NCBI GenBank assembly: GCA_965216565.1
Contig: OZ244170.1
Location: 640,001 to 704,000, forward strand
DNA from: Bythopirellula sp.
Lineage (GTDB): Bacteria; Planctomycetota; Planctomycetia; Pirellulales; Lacipirellulaceae
Reading direction: 5' to 3'
DNA length: 64,000 nucleotides
Shown here in pieces: positions 17,279 through 27,763 of this stretch. How positions within the stretch are numbered: the first letter of the stretch is position 1; every line of letters starts with the position of its first letter. The notes beneath the pieces were generated by a model. It worked only from the letters and a program-made list of their open reading frames with translations. It made no database searches and was not told where the DNA came from. Made by a program: the position numbers and the translations under genes.

Positions 17279-19582
17279 TTAGCGATTGAGGATTTCCAAT
17301 CGTTTGACCTTCACTACCGGCTGAGCGACCGCTCGGCTGGTGAGTTGGGCCCCCACGTTGACCACCCCTGACTGGTTGACGTTCGCAGGGACTAGGAATT
17401 CGAGACGTTCGGTGGGGCGTAGTTGTGCGATGGGATTGAACCGTAGTTCGTTGCCTACCATGGCACCGCGCACATTTGCGGTGTTGGTCATCGTGTTGAT
17501 ATCGGGCGTCAGTTCGGGAGGGAACACAATGCTCAGCACCACTTGCTCTTCAGGAGTATTTGCCTGGTTTTCGATCAGGAATCGGAGCGTTGTCCGCTGA
17601 CCGGCACGAAGCGTATCTGAAAACGGTTCGATGGCTAGTCGCAGAGTACCGCCTGCGGGAGCAGGCCCACCGGGGGTTACGCCCCCCGTATCGCGTCCTG
17701 GCAGGATCTCTACATAATGGTCATCCACACGCATCAATCCACTATCGTCAGTGACCTTCACCAACCCGCCAGCACGATTCGCTGGCCTAAGGCTTGAGCA
17801 TTGCACTTCGAATTTCTTGCTCTGTCCCACATCGAGTCGATCAATGCGCCATTGGATATTTCCGTTTACCACTTCATAGCCTTGCTGGCGAGGTTGCGGG
17901 CTGAAAGCTCGATCGTACTCGTCGACAACGACCAAATTTGTAAGCGGTACATCGCCCGTGTTGCGAATCACAATCGAAAACAGCGCGATGTCGCCCACGC
18001 TTACCTGCCGTGGTCCGTCTTTGTCCAGTTTCAGGTCGGGCTGCCCCTGCGGTTCGGCTTGCACGGCGTTGACGCACCCTCGCGTGGAGGCTTCGGCCCC
18101 TTCGTTGGATCGGACTGTCACATTGTGACAAAGTCGCCCGCTACTAACGACTTCAAATTCAAGGGATAGCGAACGAGATTCGCCGGGGCGAAGGTTGCCC
18201 ACGCGATCATTTTTTAGTTGCATCGACTGCGTGACATCCGAGCTATGCCGCAGACCTTGCTCGTAGCGATCCGTGAGTACGATGCCAGTTGCATCAGCAT
18301 CCCCTTGATTGCGGATAACAACCTCGAACCGAGTACGGGCACCAACTTGAGTTTGATCTTCGCCGTAGACTTGCACGTCGAGCGCAGGTCGCCCCGACGA
18401 TTGTGGCAAGGGAGGCTGCGACTGGATGGGCTGTGAGGCAGGCGGAGTATTCTGTAAAGGAGGCTGAAACGAGGGTTGGCCACCGACCGGTTCGTCGAGA
18501 TCGGGCAGATAGGGTGTCGATTGCCCGGTCCAATTGATAGTGGTTGCTCCATTGGCAATGACCAAGCGAGGATACTCGGCATTGCCATAGCCGGCTGGTC
18601 GCACTAGCTGAGTATTGATCTGAGTTGCTGAGCCTTCACTGGCGGTGGGAGTGACGTCGATGCTTGCCTTGCCGTCGGCGCCGGTTACAACCTCAACGAC
18701 TTGTCCAGACTGATTGCCAGAAAGATTGCCGCCTCCGCCCGCGACTTCGTACCGTACGGTCCAGCCTTCTAGGGGCGTGCCGTCACTTTGTCTAAGGACG
18801 GTAGTCGTAAGTACCTGGCTACCACCAGCAGAAATCGTAGGTGCGGGGAAGGTCCATTGCGCGTCGATCCAGTAGATGGTCGCTGTGGCTCGGCGAGCGG
18901 ACCAATTCACCACCGTGGGTGTCACTGCGGTAACAGTGCTGATGCCTTCCACTGGAGAAGTGATGCTTGCCCAGGCGTGGCCAGGTTCGATCTGTACGTC
19001 GTCTGCTGGATTCGCGGTGCCGCGAGTTATTAGTAGTGGCCATCTGGCCGTATAGCCAATGCCATATTGATTGTCGATCTTCTTCGGTTTGTTCCAAGGC
19101 AAGAGAGCATTTTGCAAACAGCCCTTGCCCCCAAGGTCCACGAGTTCTCCAGCGCCTTCTCGCGCTAGGAGCCACTCGACTTTCTGATCGGTTAATAGGA
19201 AACCCTCTTTCGCACAGATTCCAGCTCGCAGGATGACTTCCGTTCCGACCGGCGCAAGGATTCGATCGGGAGTGATCGAGAGCCGATCTTCAGCCACCGC
19301 GATGCCGGGACCAACAACTGGCGGTCCACCGGCAACCGGAACAGAGGCTGGAACCCCCGGCGGCAAGGCTGGTGCGGGAAACACTGGATCGGTCAGTACG
19401 GGTGGTGCCTGGACGGACCCGACACCGGGGACAATGGCCGTGGGCTGGTTTTGTGGCCAGATGAAGACTCGTTCGCCTGTGGGGTCGATCCTGGGAAGTC
19501 CTGCACAGCCCACAATTAGCACAGCGCACAGCGGTAGCGTCAACTGAAGCCAATGGCAGGAGTACTTCTGCAGGAGGGACAT
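17279..19582 (-). CDS. Large lipoprotein with DUF11/Ig-like repeat domains
   Basis: Lipobox LIVGC; repeated IRNQGDADA and IRNTGDVPLTNLVVVD beta-sandwich motifs; Pro-rich linkers. Start taken as ATG 19582. Confidence 0.75.
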   Translation of the reverse strand: MSLLQKYSCHWLQLTLPLCAVLIVGCAGLPRIDPTGERVFIWPQNQPTAIVPGVGSVQAPPVLTDPVFPAPALPPGVPASVPVAGGPPVVGPGIAVAEDRLSITPDRILAPVGTEVILRAGICAKEGFLLTDQKVEWLLAREGAGELVDLGGKGCLQNALLPWNKPKKIDNQYGIGYTARWPLLITRGTANPADDVQIEPGHAWASITSPVEGISTVTAVTPTVVNWSARRATATIYWIDAQWTFPAPTISAGGSQVLTTTVLRQSDGTPLEGWTVRYEVAGGGGNLSGNQSGQVVEVVTGADGKASIDVTPTASEGSATQINTQLVRPAGYGNAEYPRLVIANGATTINWTGQSTPYLPDLDEPVGGQPSFQPPLQNTPPASQPIQSQPPLPQSSGRPALDVQVYGEDQTQVGARTRFEVVIRNQGDADATGIVLTDRYEQGLRHSSDVTQSMQLKNDRVGNLRPGESRSLSLEFEVVSSGRLCHNVTVRSNEGAEASTRGCVNAVQAEPQGQPDLKLDKDGPRQVSVGDIALFSIVIRNTGDVPLTNLVVVDEYDRAFSPQPRQQGYEVVNGNIQWRIDRLDVGQSKKFEVQCSSLRPANRAGGLVKVTDDSGLMRVDDHYVEILPGRDTGGVTPGGPAPAGGTLRLAIEPFSDTLRAGQRTTLRFLIENQANTPEEQVVLSIVFPPELTPDINTMTNTANVRGAMVGNELRFNPIAQLRPTERLEFLVPANVNQSGVVNVGAQLTSRAVAQPVVKVKRLEILNR

Positions 19583-19627
19583 TTTCGCCGCTGATTTGAG
19601 GTTGGAAATTCCAATAATTATGGCGCG

Positions 19628-19641
19628 CAACATCCTTGCTG
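19628..19641 (-). promoter_or_regulatory. CsrA-type GGA-loop hairpin in the leader of the DUF11 lipoprotein gene
   Basis: Minus strand CAGCA-AGGA-UGUUG contains CAAGGAUG. Confidence 0.35.
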
Positions 19642-20006
19642 TGAAAATGTAACGCCTAGGAAGGCTGATGGTGCTTTTTTTCAACCTTCCTGGTGTGATT
19701 AGGCAACGGTGGCAGTCGGGTGGTGCTCCTGGCAACGATCGTTGGGATTGTAGGGCCGCGAATGGCCGTCGGAAGGAGGCGATCAATGGCCCAGGAAGGG
19801 CGGGCCTTGGAATACAGCCTGAGAGGCGAGCTGCGCGAGGTTCTGATTATCAGCCCGAAACCACTAGCTTTCCCTTGGAAAAGTGCTGTTTTTCTTGCTT
19901 CACCAGCGGAGGGGAATTAAGATCAAAGATAGCCGGGCTCACCGTCTTTAGGTGATTTTAGCACCACGGCATCTCAGAGCAGAGCATCACCGATTTAGAG
20001 GTTACT

Positions 20007-21443
20007 ATGTTTAAGAGTTTCGTCGCAACTCGGCTTCGTTCGATATGTGTGGCATGCCTTCCGCTATTCTTGGTAGCGTTGTTTCACGCCGCACACATTG
20101 ATTCTGCTCAGGGCCAAGATCCGAATGATCCTCTCAACCAGGCTGGCGCTGGTCTGACTTCTGGAGTGGCCGTTGATGCCAGTGGAGTGTTGCGGAGATT
20201 GTCGAGCACAGAATTCCGTGGCGATCTGATGCGCCAACGCATAGAACAGGCGCGGGCAAACCTGCAGGGCGATGTGGCCCAGCGCAGCAAGCTTCGCAAA
20301 GTTTCGCTCACCCGACTAGCCAGGCTCATTAAGAAAGCCATCGATGAAGGCCACGGCCCCGACGAAGCGATGAAACACTTGGCCGGGCTCACTCGCATTC
20401 AGTATGTATTCTATTACCCCGAGACTCAGGACATTGTAATTGCCGGTCCTGCCGAGGCGTGGATCGAAGACAACGCCGGCCGCGTGATCGGTATCGAGAC
20501 CGGTCAACCCGTGCTGGAATTGCAAGACCTGGTGGTTGCACTGCGTACATTCCCACCCGCGAAGAAGAGCAACCCGATGGTGTATTGCTCGATCGATGCC
20601 ACGGAAGAAGGTCTGTCGCGGATGCAGCAGTTCCTCGATCGCATTGGCCGCACGTTCTCTGCAGGTAACATCAACGAACAGTTTATTGTCGAAGGCTTGA
20701 GGGAAAGTCTTGGCATGCAGGTCATCACCCTTGGCGGGATTCCTGCCAACACGCATTTTGCCCAGGTGATGGTTGAAGCAGACTATCGTATGAAGCTTAT
20801 TGGTATTGGTTTAGAAGAGCCGCCGGCACGATTTAAGAGTTACGTTGAGCTGGCCAATTTTGCTTCGATCGCCTCCAATGCGATGTGCCGCTGGTGGTTT
20901 GTGCCAGATTATCAGCGAGTGAAGATCTCTGAAGATGGATACGCCGCCGAGCTAGTCGGTAATGGCGTGAAACTCGTGGGTGAGGACGAAGTGGTATCCG
21001 GCGATGGCAGCCGCCAGCAAACAGGCGGGCAAAATCGTGCTAGCCGCAAGTTCACCCAAGGTTTTACCAAGAAGTACGCAGAGATCGCTCGCAACGCCCC
21101 TGTTTATGGTCAATTGCGAAACTGTGTCGACCTTCTTGTCGCGGCCGCATTCATCCAAGACAACGACCTGTACGGCAAAGCGAACTGGAAGTTGGACGTG
21201 TTGGGTGACGAAGGCGTCTATCCCGTTGAGAGCTTCAATGCTCCACAGCACGTGGCAACAGCTGTGAACAGCGTGTGGAAGGGCCGCCACCTGGCTACTC
21301 CCGTCGGCGGCGGCGTGCAAATTCATGCCAAGCAAGCGCTCACATCGGAAAATCTATTGGCCGATAAAGACGGTGCCGTCAGCAAGGCCCGCGACTCGAT
21401 CGAGCTTGGCGATCTGCCCACCGACCAGTGGTGGTGGGACTGA
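20007..21443 (+). CDS. DUF1598 family secreted protein
   Basis: Signal peptide; GVAVDASG, LRKVSLTRL, LAGLTRIQYVF, MVEADYRMKLIGIG; terminal WWWD. Confidence 0.8.
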   Translation: MFKSFVATRLRSICVACLPLFLVALFHAAHIDSAQGQDPNDPLNQAGAGLTSGVAVDASGVLRRLSSTEFRGDLMRQRIEQARANLQGDVAQRSKLRKVSLTRLARLIKKAIDEGHGPDEAMKHLAGLTRIQYVFYYPETQDIVIAGPAEAWIEDNAGRVIGIETGQPVLELQDLVVALRTFPPAKKSNPMVYCSIDATEEGLSRMQQFLDRIGRTFSAGNINEQFIVEGLRESLGMQVITLGGIPANTHFAQVMVEADYRMKLIGIGLEEPPARFKSYVELANFASIASNAMCRWWFVPDYQRVKISEDGYAAELVGNGVKLVGEDEVVSGDGSRQQTGGQNRASRKFTQGFTKKYAEIARNAPVYGQLRNCVDLLVAAAFIQDNDLYGKANWKLDVLGDEGVYPVESFNAPQHVATAVNSVWKGRHLATPVGGGVQIHAKQALTSENLLADKDGAVSKARDSIELGDLPTDQWWWD

Positions 21444-21655
21444 TTCCATATCGCTCAAGGCAGCTGGATGTAAATCTGTGATCCGCGTCTTGGGATGATT
21501 GCTAAATTCTCTGGTGGTATCGTACTCTCCATCTTTCGCGCTATTGCCCTGCAGCTAGTTTCGCTAACTGGCAGAATTTCTTGCGGCTTGTGGGCCATGA
21601 TCTTAGAATCAATGCCTGATTCGCCCAACACTCTGTTTGCCAGGGGAGAGAGCCA

Positions 21656-22906
21656 ATGGAATCGTTGCAGATCAAGATCACCACTGTTTCAGTTCTATTG
21701 GTGGGTGGCTTAGCTCTTGGAGCGAACGTGGCCAACGGACAAGCAATTTTCGTTTCGAGCCGAATCGACCTGACGTATGAAATTCAGGCCGGTGGCTTAT
21801 CCCCATTAACGGATGATTTCGTTCCGGTTGTCGATGAACTGAATTTCAGCGATAGCATTTTCAATTCTCAGACAGCATCATCAGGTGATGCTGCGGCACA
21901 TGCCGAGGGAAATTTCAGTTTTGCAAGCAATTTAATCGAAGCCAATGGCACTACCACCGCAGAAGCCTCGAACATGGCACAGGCCGGTGCTTCTTTGGAT
22001 TGGGAACTCACCTTCGAAATAAGTTCAGGGATTGTCTTCTATTCAGCAGACACGCTTCTCTTTGGAACGACCACTTCCCTCGGGGCTGGGATACCACGAA
22101 CCTCGCTGCGTCTGTTAGATTCGAGTGGAACTGAGTTATTTGCCATCGACGAGAACACATTCTTGCCCGGAAGCGAATTTAGCGCACACGGCGTGCTTGG
22201 CCCCGATACCTATATGCTTGAGGGAAAATTACAAACCTCCGTGGCGACAGGCGACGAAGGGTCTTCCGAGGCCCTCTCCTCAGATTTCGATCTTTCGCTG
22301 GCCTTGCAACGACCAGAACTGCCGCTTGTTTTCTCCTGTCCGGCCACTGATATTTCTCCGATTGGAATCTGTGTCGAGGCAATTCAGCCAAAGGGGCCGA
22401 TTTACGTGTTATCGGGCTTCGCGCTGACGCATGGCTCTGCCGAGCCGATTCCGTATTCGCTGGAAGAAGTAGAAATAGACATCCAAATCGATCAGCAACT
22501 AGAATTGGGGAACGGTCCCATAAATGCTGATCTTGCGGTCGTAAATTCGGTGTTCGATGAGGAGGGTGATCACTTTCCCGAAGAACTCTTCGAACTCGGT
22601 TCGCGAATTCGTACAACGCTTGCTTTTGAGCTAGGCAGCCTCAATGGCGACGAACAGCCTGAAGACTTGCCGGTCGAGTTACTGCTGGGTGGATTCGTCG
22701 AGCTTCTCGACCCCGAAGGCAGCGTGGTGGCCACCAATCAACTTCAGCTTGTGCCCGAGCCGAGTGGGATGGCTATTTTAGCAGGTGTGTTTGCTGTCTT
22801 CTCCTGTGGGCTTTCGCGCTCGAGATGGTTGGATAGAGTAACGCAGTGTTCCCCGATGCGACCCTCTGATTGTAAATCAGCGGCAATCCGTTGTCAGAAT
22901 TGGTAA
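21656..22906 (+). CDS. PEP-CTERM sorting-domain surface protein
   Basis: Signal peptide; acidic beta-rich body; VPEPS followed by a TM helix and RSR. Confidence 0.75.
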   Translation: MESLQIKITTVSVLLVGGLALGANVANGQAIFVSSRIDLTYEIQAGGLSPLTDDFVPVVDELNFSDSIFNSQTASSGDAAAHAEGNFSFASNLIEANGTTTAEASNMAQAGASLDWELTFEISSGIVFYSADTLLFGTTTSLGAGIPRTSLRLLDSSGTELFAIDENTFLPGSEFSAHGVLGPDTYMLEGKLQTSVATGDEGSSEALSSDFDLSLALQRPELPLVFSCPATDISPIGICVEAIQPKGPIYVLSGFALTHGSAEPIPYSLEEVEIDIQIDQQLELGNGPINADLAVVNSVFDEEGDHFPEELFELGSRIRTTLAFELGSLNGDEQPEDLPVELLLGGFVELLDPEGSVVATNQLQLVPEPSGMAILAGVFAVFSCGLSRSRWLDRVTQCSPMRPSDCKSAAIRCQNW

Positions 22907-22952
22907 CTTGCAGGAATCCTTGGCATCGATAAGTAAAGTTTCCAGCGATACA

Positions 22953-24299
22953 TCACTTACCAACGCAAACTACGCGCAGGTCACAAACATTAGTGCCGGT
23001 AGGGCCTGTCTTGAAGAGCCCGCCACACTGCTGGAAGAGTTGATAGGCATCGTTGCGCTTGAGAAAGTCTGCGATATTTAGTCCTGTACAGTGCGCCGTC
23101 TTAGCGATCTCCTCATCAATGACAGCCCCTGCTGCGTCGGTGGGACCGTCTTCGCCGTCGGTACCTGCCGAGACAAGTGCCAGGCTCCTCCAATCGTCCA
23201 ACTCATGCAGCGCTGCCAGGGCGACTTGCTGGTTGCGGCCTCCTTTGCCGCGATTAGACTCTGGCGCGAGCTCCACGGTCGATTCGCCGCCGGAGATTAA
23301 GCAGTCAGGCCCCTCATTTTCACGCATCGACTTTGCCGTTTCTGCTAAATGCCGCCCAGTAGCGTCGGCAGAGTTTTCCTCTGGGTTGCCGCTGATCATG
23401 GCGTGGCTGTAACCGAGCCGTTCGGCCAAGATACCGGCGCTGTCTACGGCGGTGGAGTTGTTGCCGATAACTACATTGAGCAACGATCGCACCGGGTGGG
23501 AATTCTGAATGGCATGGCGGGGATTGCGAAGAACCTCTTCGATCGTGCGACCGACATCGCTCTTTAGCAATCCCCATTCACTTAGCACATCTAGAGCCAG
23601 CTCGGGCGTTGGTTCCCGCGGCACAGTCGGCCCGGAGGCAATCACCTCCAAATCGTCGCCCATGACATCGGATAAAGTGAGCGTGACAATTTGCCCCGCG
23701 TGACATCGCTGGGCCAGGCCGCCACCTTTGACGACGCTGATTTCCCGTCGCACCGCGTTAAGTTCAGTGATGTCTGCACCGCGCTCGGCTAATTGCCTAG
23801 TGACGGCAATCTTGTCTGCTAGAGTGACTCCTTCGATCGGCATGGGCAAAAGTGCGGAACCTCCCCCAGAGATCAAGAAGAGGCAGAGATCACGCGGGCC
23901 AAGTCTCTCGACCAGCCTAAGTATTTGGCGGGTCCCCTCAACTCCCTCCGCTGTCGGTTCGTTGACGCCAGCGGGGCGGGCCGCATGAAGATGGATTGTC
24001 TGAGTCGGCTCTATGCAATCCGCCGGGACGTTGACCCAGCCTTGTACTTGCTTTTCAGTGAGAAGTTTTGTGCCAAGCACCCTTTCAACTGCAACTGCCA
24101 TGGCACCACTTGCTTTGCCGGCACCTACGATTGTGAGAGAATCGAATTGTTCTAGAGCAATTACATGATCTGCGATCCACAGTGCACCGTCATCCACCGT
24201 CATGGAGTCGGGAATGAGTCGCTCAGGCTGAACGGCTTGGACTCCAGCCCACCAAATTTTCTTGGCGTCATCTCGCAATTGGTCGGCAGAACGTCTCAT
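22953..24299 (-). CDS. Glycerate 2-kinase / hydroxypyruvate reductase (DUF4147-MOFRL)
   Basis: GAGKAS, LISGGGSAL, VKGGGLA, SDVMGDDLEVIASGPT, GGRNQ, GTDGEDGPTDAAGA, TGTNVCD. Start taken as ATG 24299. Confidence 0.92.
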   Translation of the reverse strand: MRRSADQLRDDAKKIWWAGVQAVQPERLIPDSMTVDDGALWIADHVIALEQFDSLTIVGAGKASGAMAVAVERVLGTKLLTEKQVQGWVNVPADCIEPTQTIHLHAARPAGVNEPTAEGVEGTRQILRLVERLGPRDLCLFLISGGGSALLPMPIEGVTLADKIAVTRQLAERGADITELNAVRREISVVKGGGLAQRCHAGQIVTLTLSDVMGDDLEVIASGPTVPREPTPELALDVLSEWGLLKSDVGRTIEEVLRNPRHAIQNSHPVRSLLNVVIGNNSTAVDSAGILAERLGYSHAMISGNPEENSADATGRHLAETAKSMRENEGPDCLISGGESTVELAPESNRGKGGRNQQVALAALHELDDWRSLALVSAGTDGEDGPTDAAGAVIDEEIAKTAHCTGLNIADFLKRNDAYQLFQQCGGLFKTGPTGTNVCDLRVVCVGK

Positions 24300-24368
24300 G
24301 AGAAGAGTAGTTTTACATATTTCCCATTCGCCTGTCACTGAATTCCTATGAATCCGATTGCGACTGGT

Positions 24369-27182
24369 CTAACGAGGCGTCGTGGGTGGATTGGAGGGAG
24401 CGCTCGTCAGTCGATTTGCCGAAGTAGAAGAGATCACCCGCATCTGTAGATCGTCGACTTGGGCGACGCCCAGACCGGAGAGTGCGATCGTAACCTGAAC
24501 ATCGGCATTCGCAGCAGAGGCCCTTCTCATCAAGAATGGTTGCCAGGAGGGGGATATTTTGATTCTGGTTGCAAGATCCGCTCCGCCGAGTGTATCGAAT
24601 ATTTGCAATCCGTCTACGGTTCCCAGGAGTTCCTCGGGCACGCGTGCCACGCCGCTAATTTCGAGAACCTGCCCAGCCGCAATACGTACGGGTTTGGAGC
24701 GAACCCATACCGGCGACGTGGGGATTACCGGCACGGGCCCCAACTTGTCGTCGGGCGAGGCTTCTAACTCCAGGCAGTATTGTCCACTTCTTGGTGCTAA
24801 AGTAGAAAGACGCACTGCCGTGATCACCCCATTAATTTCCAGGGTCTTATGTTTCCAGCCGGCATTGAGAAGGTTCTCAAGGCTCTCGAATCCACCTTCT
24901 GGGAGAAGATTCTGCCCAGCCTGATTGGAGCTGATCGCGGCGCTCCATTGCAGAAGCCTTGGTAGCGTCTCCAGGCTGAGTATCAGCGGATGCTGGGCCG
25001 CAACTCCAGAGCCGATAGCCTTGCTCCAAAGCAGAGACTCGGTTGCGTCGAGAACATGTTCTGCTTTAGCGGCAAGTTTGTAGGCTTGATCGAAGTTTCG
25101 CCCTTGGGCAGCCTCTTCACTTCCGCGAATTGCATTTTGCGCTGCTCCGAGTGATGCTTGTAATTCCTCTTGGGTAACGCTTCCACCAGCTAGGCTAGGA
25201 TAAGCGCGCTCTGCTACTCTTAAACGCGAATTGATCAGGTTTTGCCGAAGTTTTGTGGAACGCTGAGCGTTCGTTCGGAGATGACGGGCAACCTGCGAGA
25301 ATGCACCGGGATCGTCGGTGAGAAGTATCAGCCCATCGGCAGGCAGCTGATCTAAGGCTATCCGAACTCCACCCGTCACGCGCTGATGACGAAGTCGCTG
25401 CGGGCCGCCTAGTGTTATGAGCCAGGCTTCTGAAGATTCTGCTACGCCCGGGACGATGAACCACGTTGGTTTATCGAGCGAAGCCGAGTTTTGTGCATCC
25501 AATGAATGCGACCACCAAATCGGAACCAAGAGGTGCGAACGCTCTGCCCGCAGGACCAGTGCTGTAAGGAGCGGATCGTTGGAACGCGCGCTAGCCAGCA
25601 TTTTGCCTGCTGCCAGCCAAGGTTCCATCAACCCCAAGCGTATATTCGTGAGTTCCAAAGCCTGGGCTCGATACGTACTTGCAGCGTCCTTAGCTTCTAG
25701 CGAAGATCTCGAATCGAAGTAGAAGCCGTCCGTCTGTACTCCGATAGCCGCAGATAGAATTGAGTTCAATTGCGAATACGAAGTGACGGAGCCTAGTCCG
25801 CTCTCGACGCCGAATGCCTGCGCTTGGGTTTCGTGCTCGGGGCTGATTTGCGTTGATATTCGCGTCCAGGTAGGGGTACCCGGCCGTGCTAGCCGTGTTC
25901 GATGCGACAGCCAAGTTGCATAATCGCGAAGCGTGAGTCCGGTCCCCATTATTGCCCGATCTAGGACTACCACATCGGCAATCCGGCTAGCTTCGCGGGT
26001 TAGTAGCTGGGGCGTCAGTAGCGTTTCGCGCCGAGTATTCTTATCGTATCGCTTGATGAGTTCCTGCCAACGAATCGTTTGCCCCAAGTCGTTTTGCGAA
26101 AGCTGCTCGCCCAGGTCCCAACTAAGTACCTGACGATATTCTTCCGAGATCCCCCCCTTTGTTATTATCTGTGGTTCGGGGGGCGGACAGATAATCCACA
26201 GACCCAATCGATCGGCCTCACCAAGCTCTTGGTCAGTAGGCAAACGTTGCATGCCAATCGCTTGGAAACCGAGCTTAGCAAGATACTCGAAGGATTCTCC
26301 CTGCCAGCGGATGATTCGAGGTACTCTTGGCCTGGGTAGCGGTGGTCCGGGTTTGGTTTGCTTCTTCGAATTTCCAACAGGGCCTGAAAGCGCGGGGCCT
26401 TCTTGCTGAGGGACACTTTGATCGACCACGCCAAAAAGTTTGAGCTGATCGACTAAAAGATCTGTATTGCCAGGACCGCCAGGGACGAGCAATACCAACT
26501 CTGATACGTAGGCTTCGCGTGAGTCAATGGCCGATTCCAATTGCATGCGTGCGACGCGTGCGGTGTTTTCCAATGCCGCGGGAAGATTGCCGAGGGTAAG
26601 TTTCTCCCACTGGTTACCCACTCCAATATTCGATCCACGAAGGATCAATTCAGTCGGTCGACCAGTCGAGGGGTTGATGCTTCTCGGCAACACAACCTTG
26701 GCAGCTACTTGGACTCCCGGTCTGTTGCACTTGACCCAAAACTCGGCACGGAACTCCTGAATGACTGGTGCTCGCGGTATCGGCAGTGCCAGTGGTGCCG
26801 AATGTCCGGCCGCGCAGCGCAACACTATCCTTTCGGCCGCAGTACCATGCTGTGAATCACGTTTTTGAAGTTGGTGGAGCAGCACTTGTGTTGGGGCGGT
26901 TCCTTGGCGTAGCTGAAGGCGGAGCTCAGCGCCGTCGAGATTATCGTGCCAACTAGCCTGGCCATAGGCTGGGACCGCTACTAAGGCATTCGGATAGAAG
27001 TAGCAGAGCATCACTACCGTAAGGGCAGCCCGCCACCTACCGCTCGCAGGGCGACGTGATTTCGAGATTTGACGCGTGAAAGGCAAAGTCGACACGTTTT
27101 CTGGACCTATTTGGCCGTTTTCCACAACTTCGTGGGCCCTGTCCACTAGATTGCTGCGAGGATTTCTTCGCGGTGGGCGCAA
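24369..27182 (-). CDS. Large secreted hypothetical protein, possibly with CBM-like beta-sandwich ends
   Basis: 937-aa ORF with a hydrophobic signal-like segment at about aa 50-75 and an NLLPEGGFE motif typical of CBM4/9-like domain starts. True start is probably GTG 27095. Confidence 0.6.
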   Translation of the reverse strand: MRPPRRNPRSNLVDRAHEVVENGQIGPENVSTLPFTRQISKSRRPASGRWRAALTVVMLCYFYPNALVAVPAYGQASWHDNLDGAELRLQLRQGTAPTQVLLHQLQKRDSQHGTAAERIVLRCAAGHSAPLALPIPRAPVIQEFRAEFWVKCNRPGVQVAAKVVLPRSINPSTGRPTELILRGSNIGVGNQWEKLTLGNLPAALENTARVARMQLESAIDSREAYVSELVLLVPGGPGNTDLLVDQLKLFGVVDQSVPQQEGPALSGPVGNSKKQTKPGPPLPRPRVPRIIRWQGESFEYLAKLGFQAIGMQRLPTDQELGEADRLGLWIICPPPEPQIITKGGISEEYRQVLSWDLGEQLSQNDLGQTIRWQELIKRYDKNTRRETLLTPQLLTREASRIADVVVLDRAIMGTGLTLRDYATWLSHRTRLARPGTPTWTRISTQISPEHETQAQAFGVESGLGSVTSYSQLNSILSAAIGVQTDGFYFDSRSSLEAKDAASTYRAQALELTNIRLGLMEPWLAAGKMLASARSNDPLLTALVLRAERSHLLVPIWWSHSLDAQNSASLDKPTWFIVPGVAESSEAWLITLGGPQRLRHQRVTGGVRIALDQLPADGLILLTDDPGAFSQVARHLRTNAQRSTKLRQNLINSRLRVAERAYPSLAGGSVTQEELQASLGAAQNAIRGSEEAAQGRNFDQAYKLAAKAEHVLDATESLLWSKAIGSGVAAQHPLILSLETLPRLLQWSAAISSNQAGQNLLPEGGFESLENLLNAGWKHKTLEINGVITAVRLSTLAPRSGQYCLELEASPDDKLGPVPVIPTSPVWVRSKPVRIAAGQVLEISGVARVPEELLGTVDGLQIFDTLGGADLATRIKISPSWQPFLMRRASAANADVQVTIALSGLGVAQVDDLQMRVISSTSANRLTSAPSNPPTTPR

Positions 27183-27418
27183 AACGATTGTAAGGGCAGT
27201 ACCTATGAAATATGTTGAATGTGGGCAACCTAGCCCAAGACTGTTGGGGGCGATGTAAGTGGTGCTTATATCAGCATTTCCGTTGAGTACCTACCTCAAT
27301 GGGTGTGAATACGCATCATGGCGGGCTAGGGCTCTAAACTGAGATTCAGGGCGTTGATTCGCCGGAAGTTGTTAATTTACAATCAGTTGTGTTCGATAGC
27401 TTGGTCCGAAGCACGGTT

Positions 27419-27434
27419 TGGCACGGCCTCTGCT
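27419..27434 (+). promoter_or_regulatory. Putative sigma-54 -24/-12 promoter
   Basis: TGGCACGGCCTCTGCT has one mismatch to TGGCACG-N4-TTGCW and lies about 40 nt upstream of ATG 27476. Confidence 0.65.
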
Positions 27435-27475
27435 GTAGGCTAGTCAGACCCTTTTCGATCCAAGGAGATGCACCG

Positions 27476-27763
27476 ATGCCGAACATCCCGGAACAGACCA
27501 AAACGCAAGCAGAACAGATCCCAGCGGACCTCCAGAAGTTGACGGTGGCCCTCAATGCTCTACCAGAGAAGTATGCAGTCGAAATCGCACCGCTCGTCGA
27601 TGCGGTGGTCGAAAGCACGAAACGCCGCCGCCGAATCCTGTCGCTAGTACAAGATGCTTTGAGCCAGTTGCGACTGGACATGAAGTACTTGATGTTCGAT
27701 CTAGAAGCCACTAGACGCGAAAGAGACGAGTATCGTTGCAAACTCGACGAGCAAGAAAGCTAA
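27476..27763 (+). CDS. Small coiled-coil protein of unknown function
   Basis: AAGGAG RBS at 27462; 95 aa; C-terminal RRRRILSLVQDALSQLRLDMKYLMFDLEATRRERD heptad pattern. Confidence 0.8.
   Translation: MPNIPEQTKTQAEQIPADLQKLTVALNALPEKYAVEIAPLVDAVVESTKRRRRILSLVQDALSQLRLDMKYLMFDLEATRRERDEYRCKLDEQES

Noticed and set aside
22770..22955. Glycerate kinase UGA followed by TGT and an open frame (UC motif)
   Set aside because: The family domain ends normally before the stop, and the extension runs antisense into the PEP-CTERM gene.
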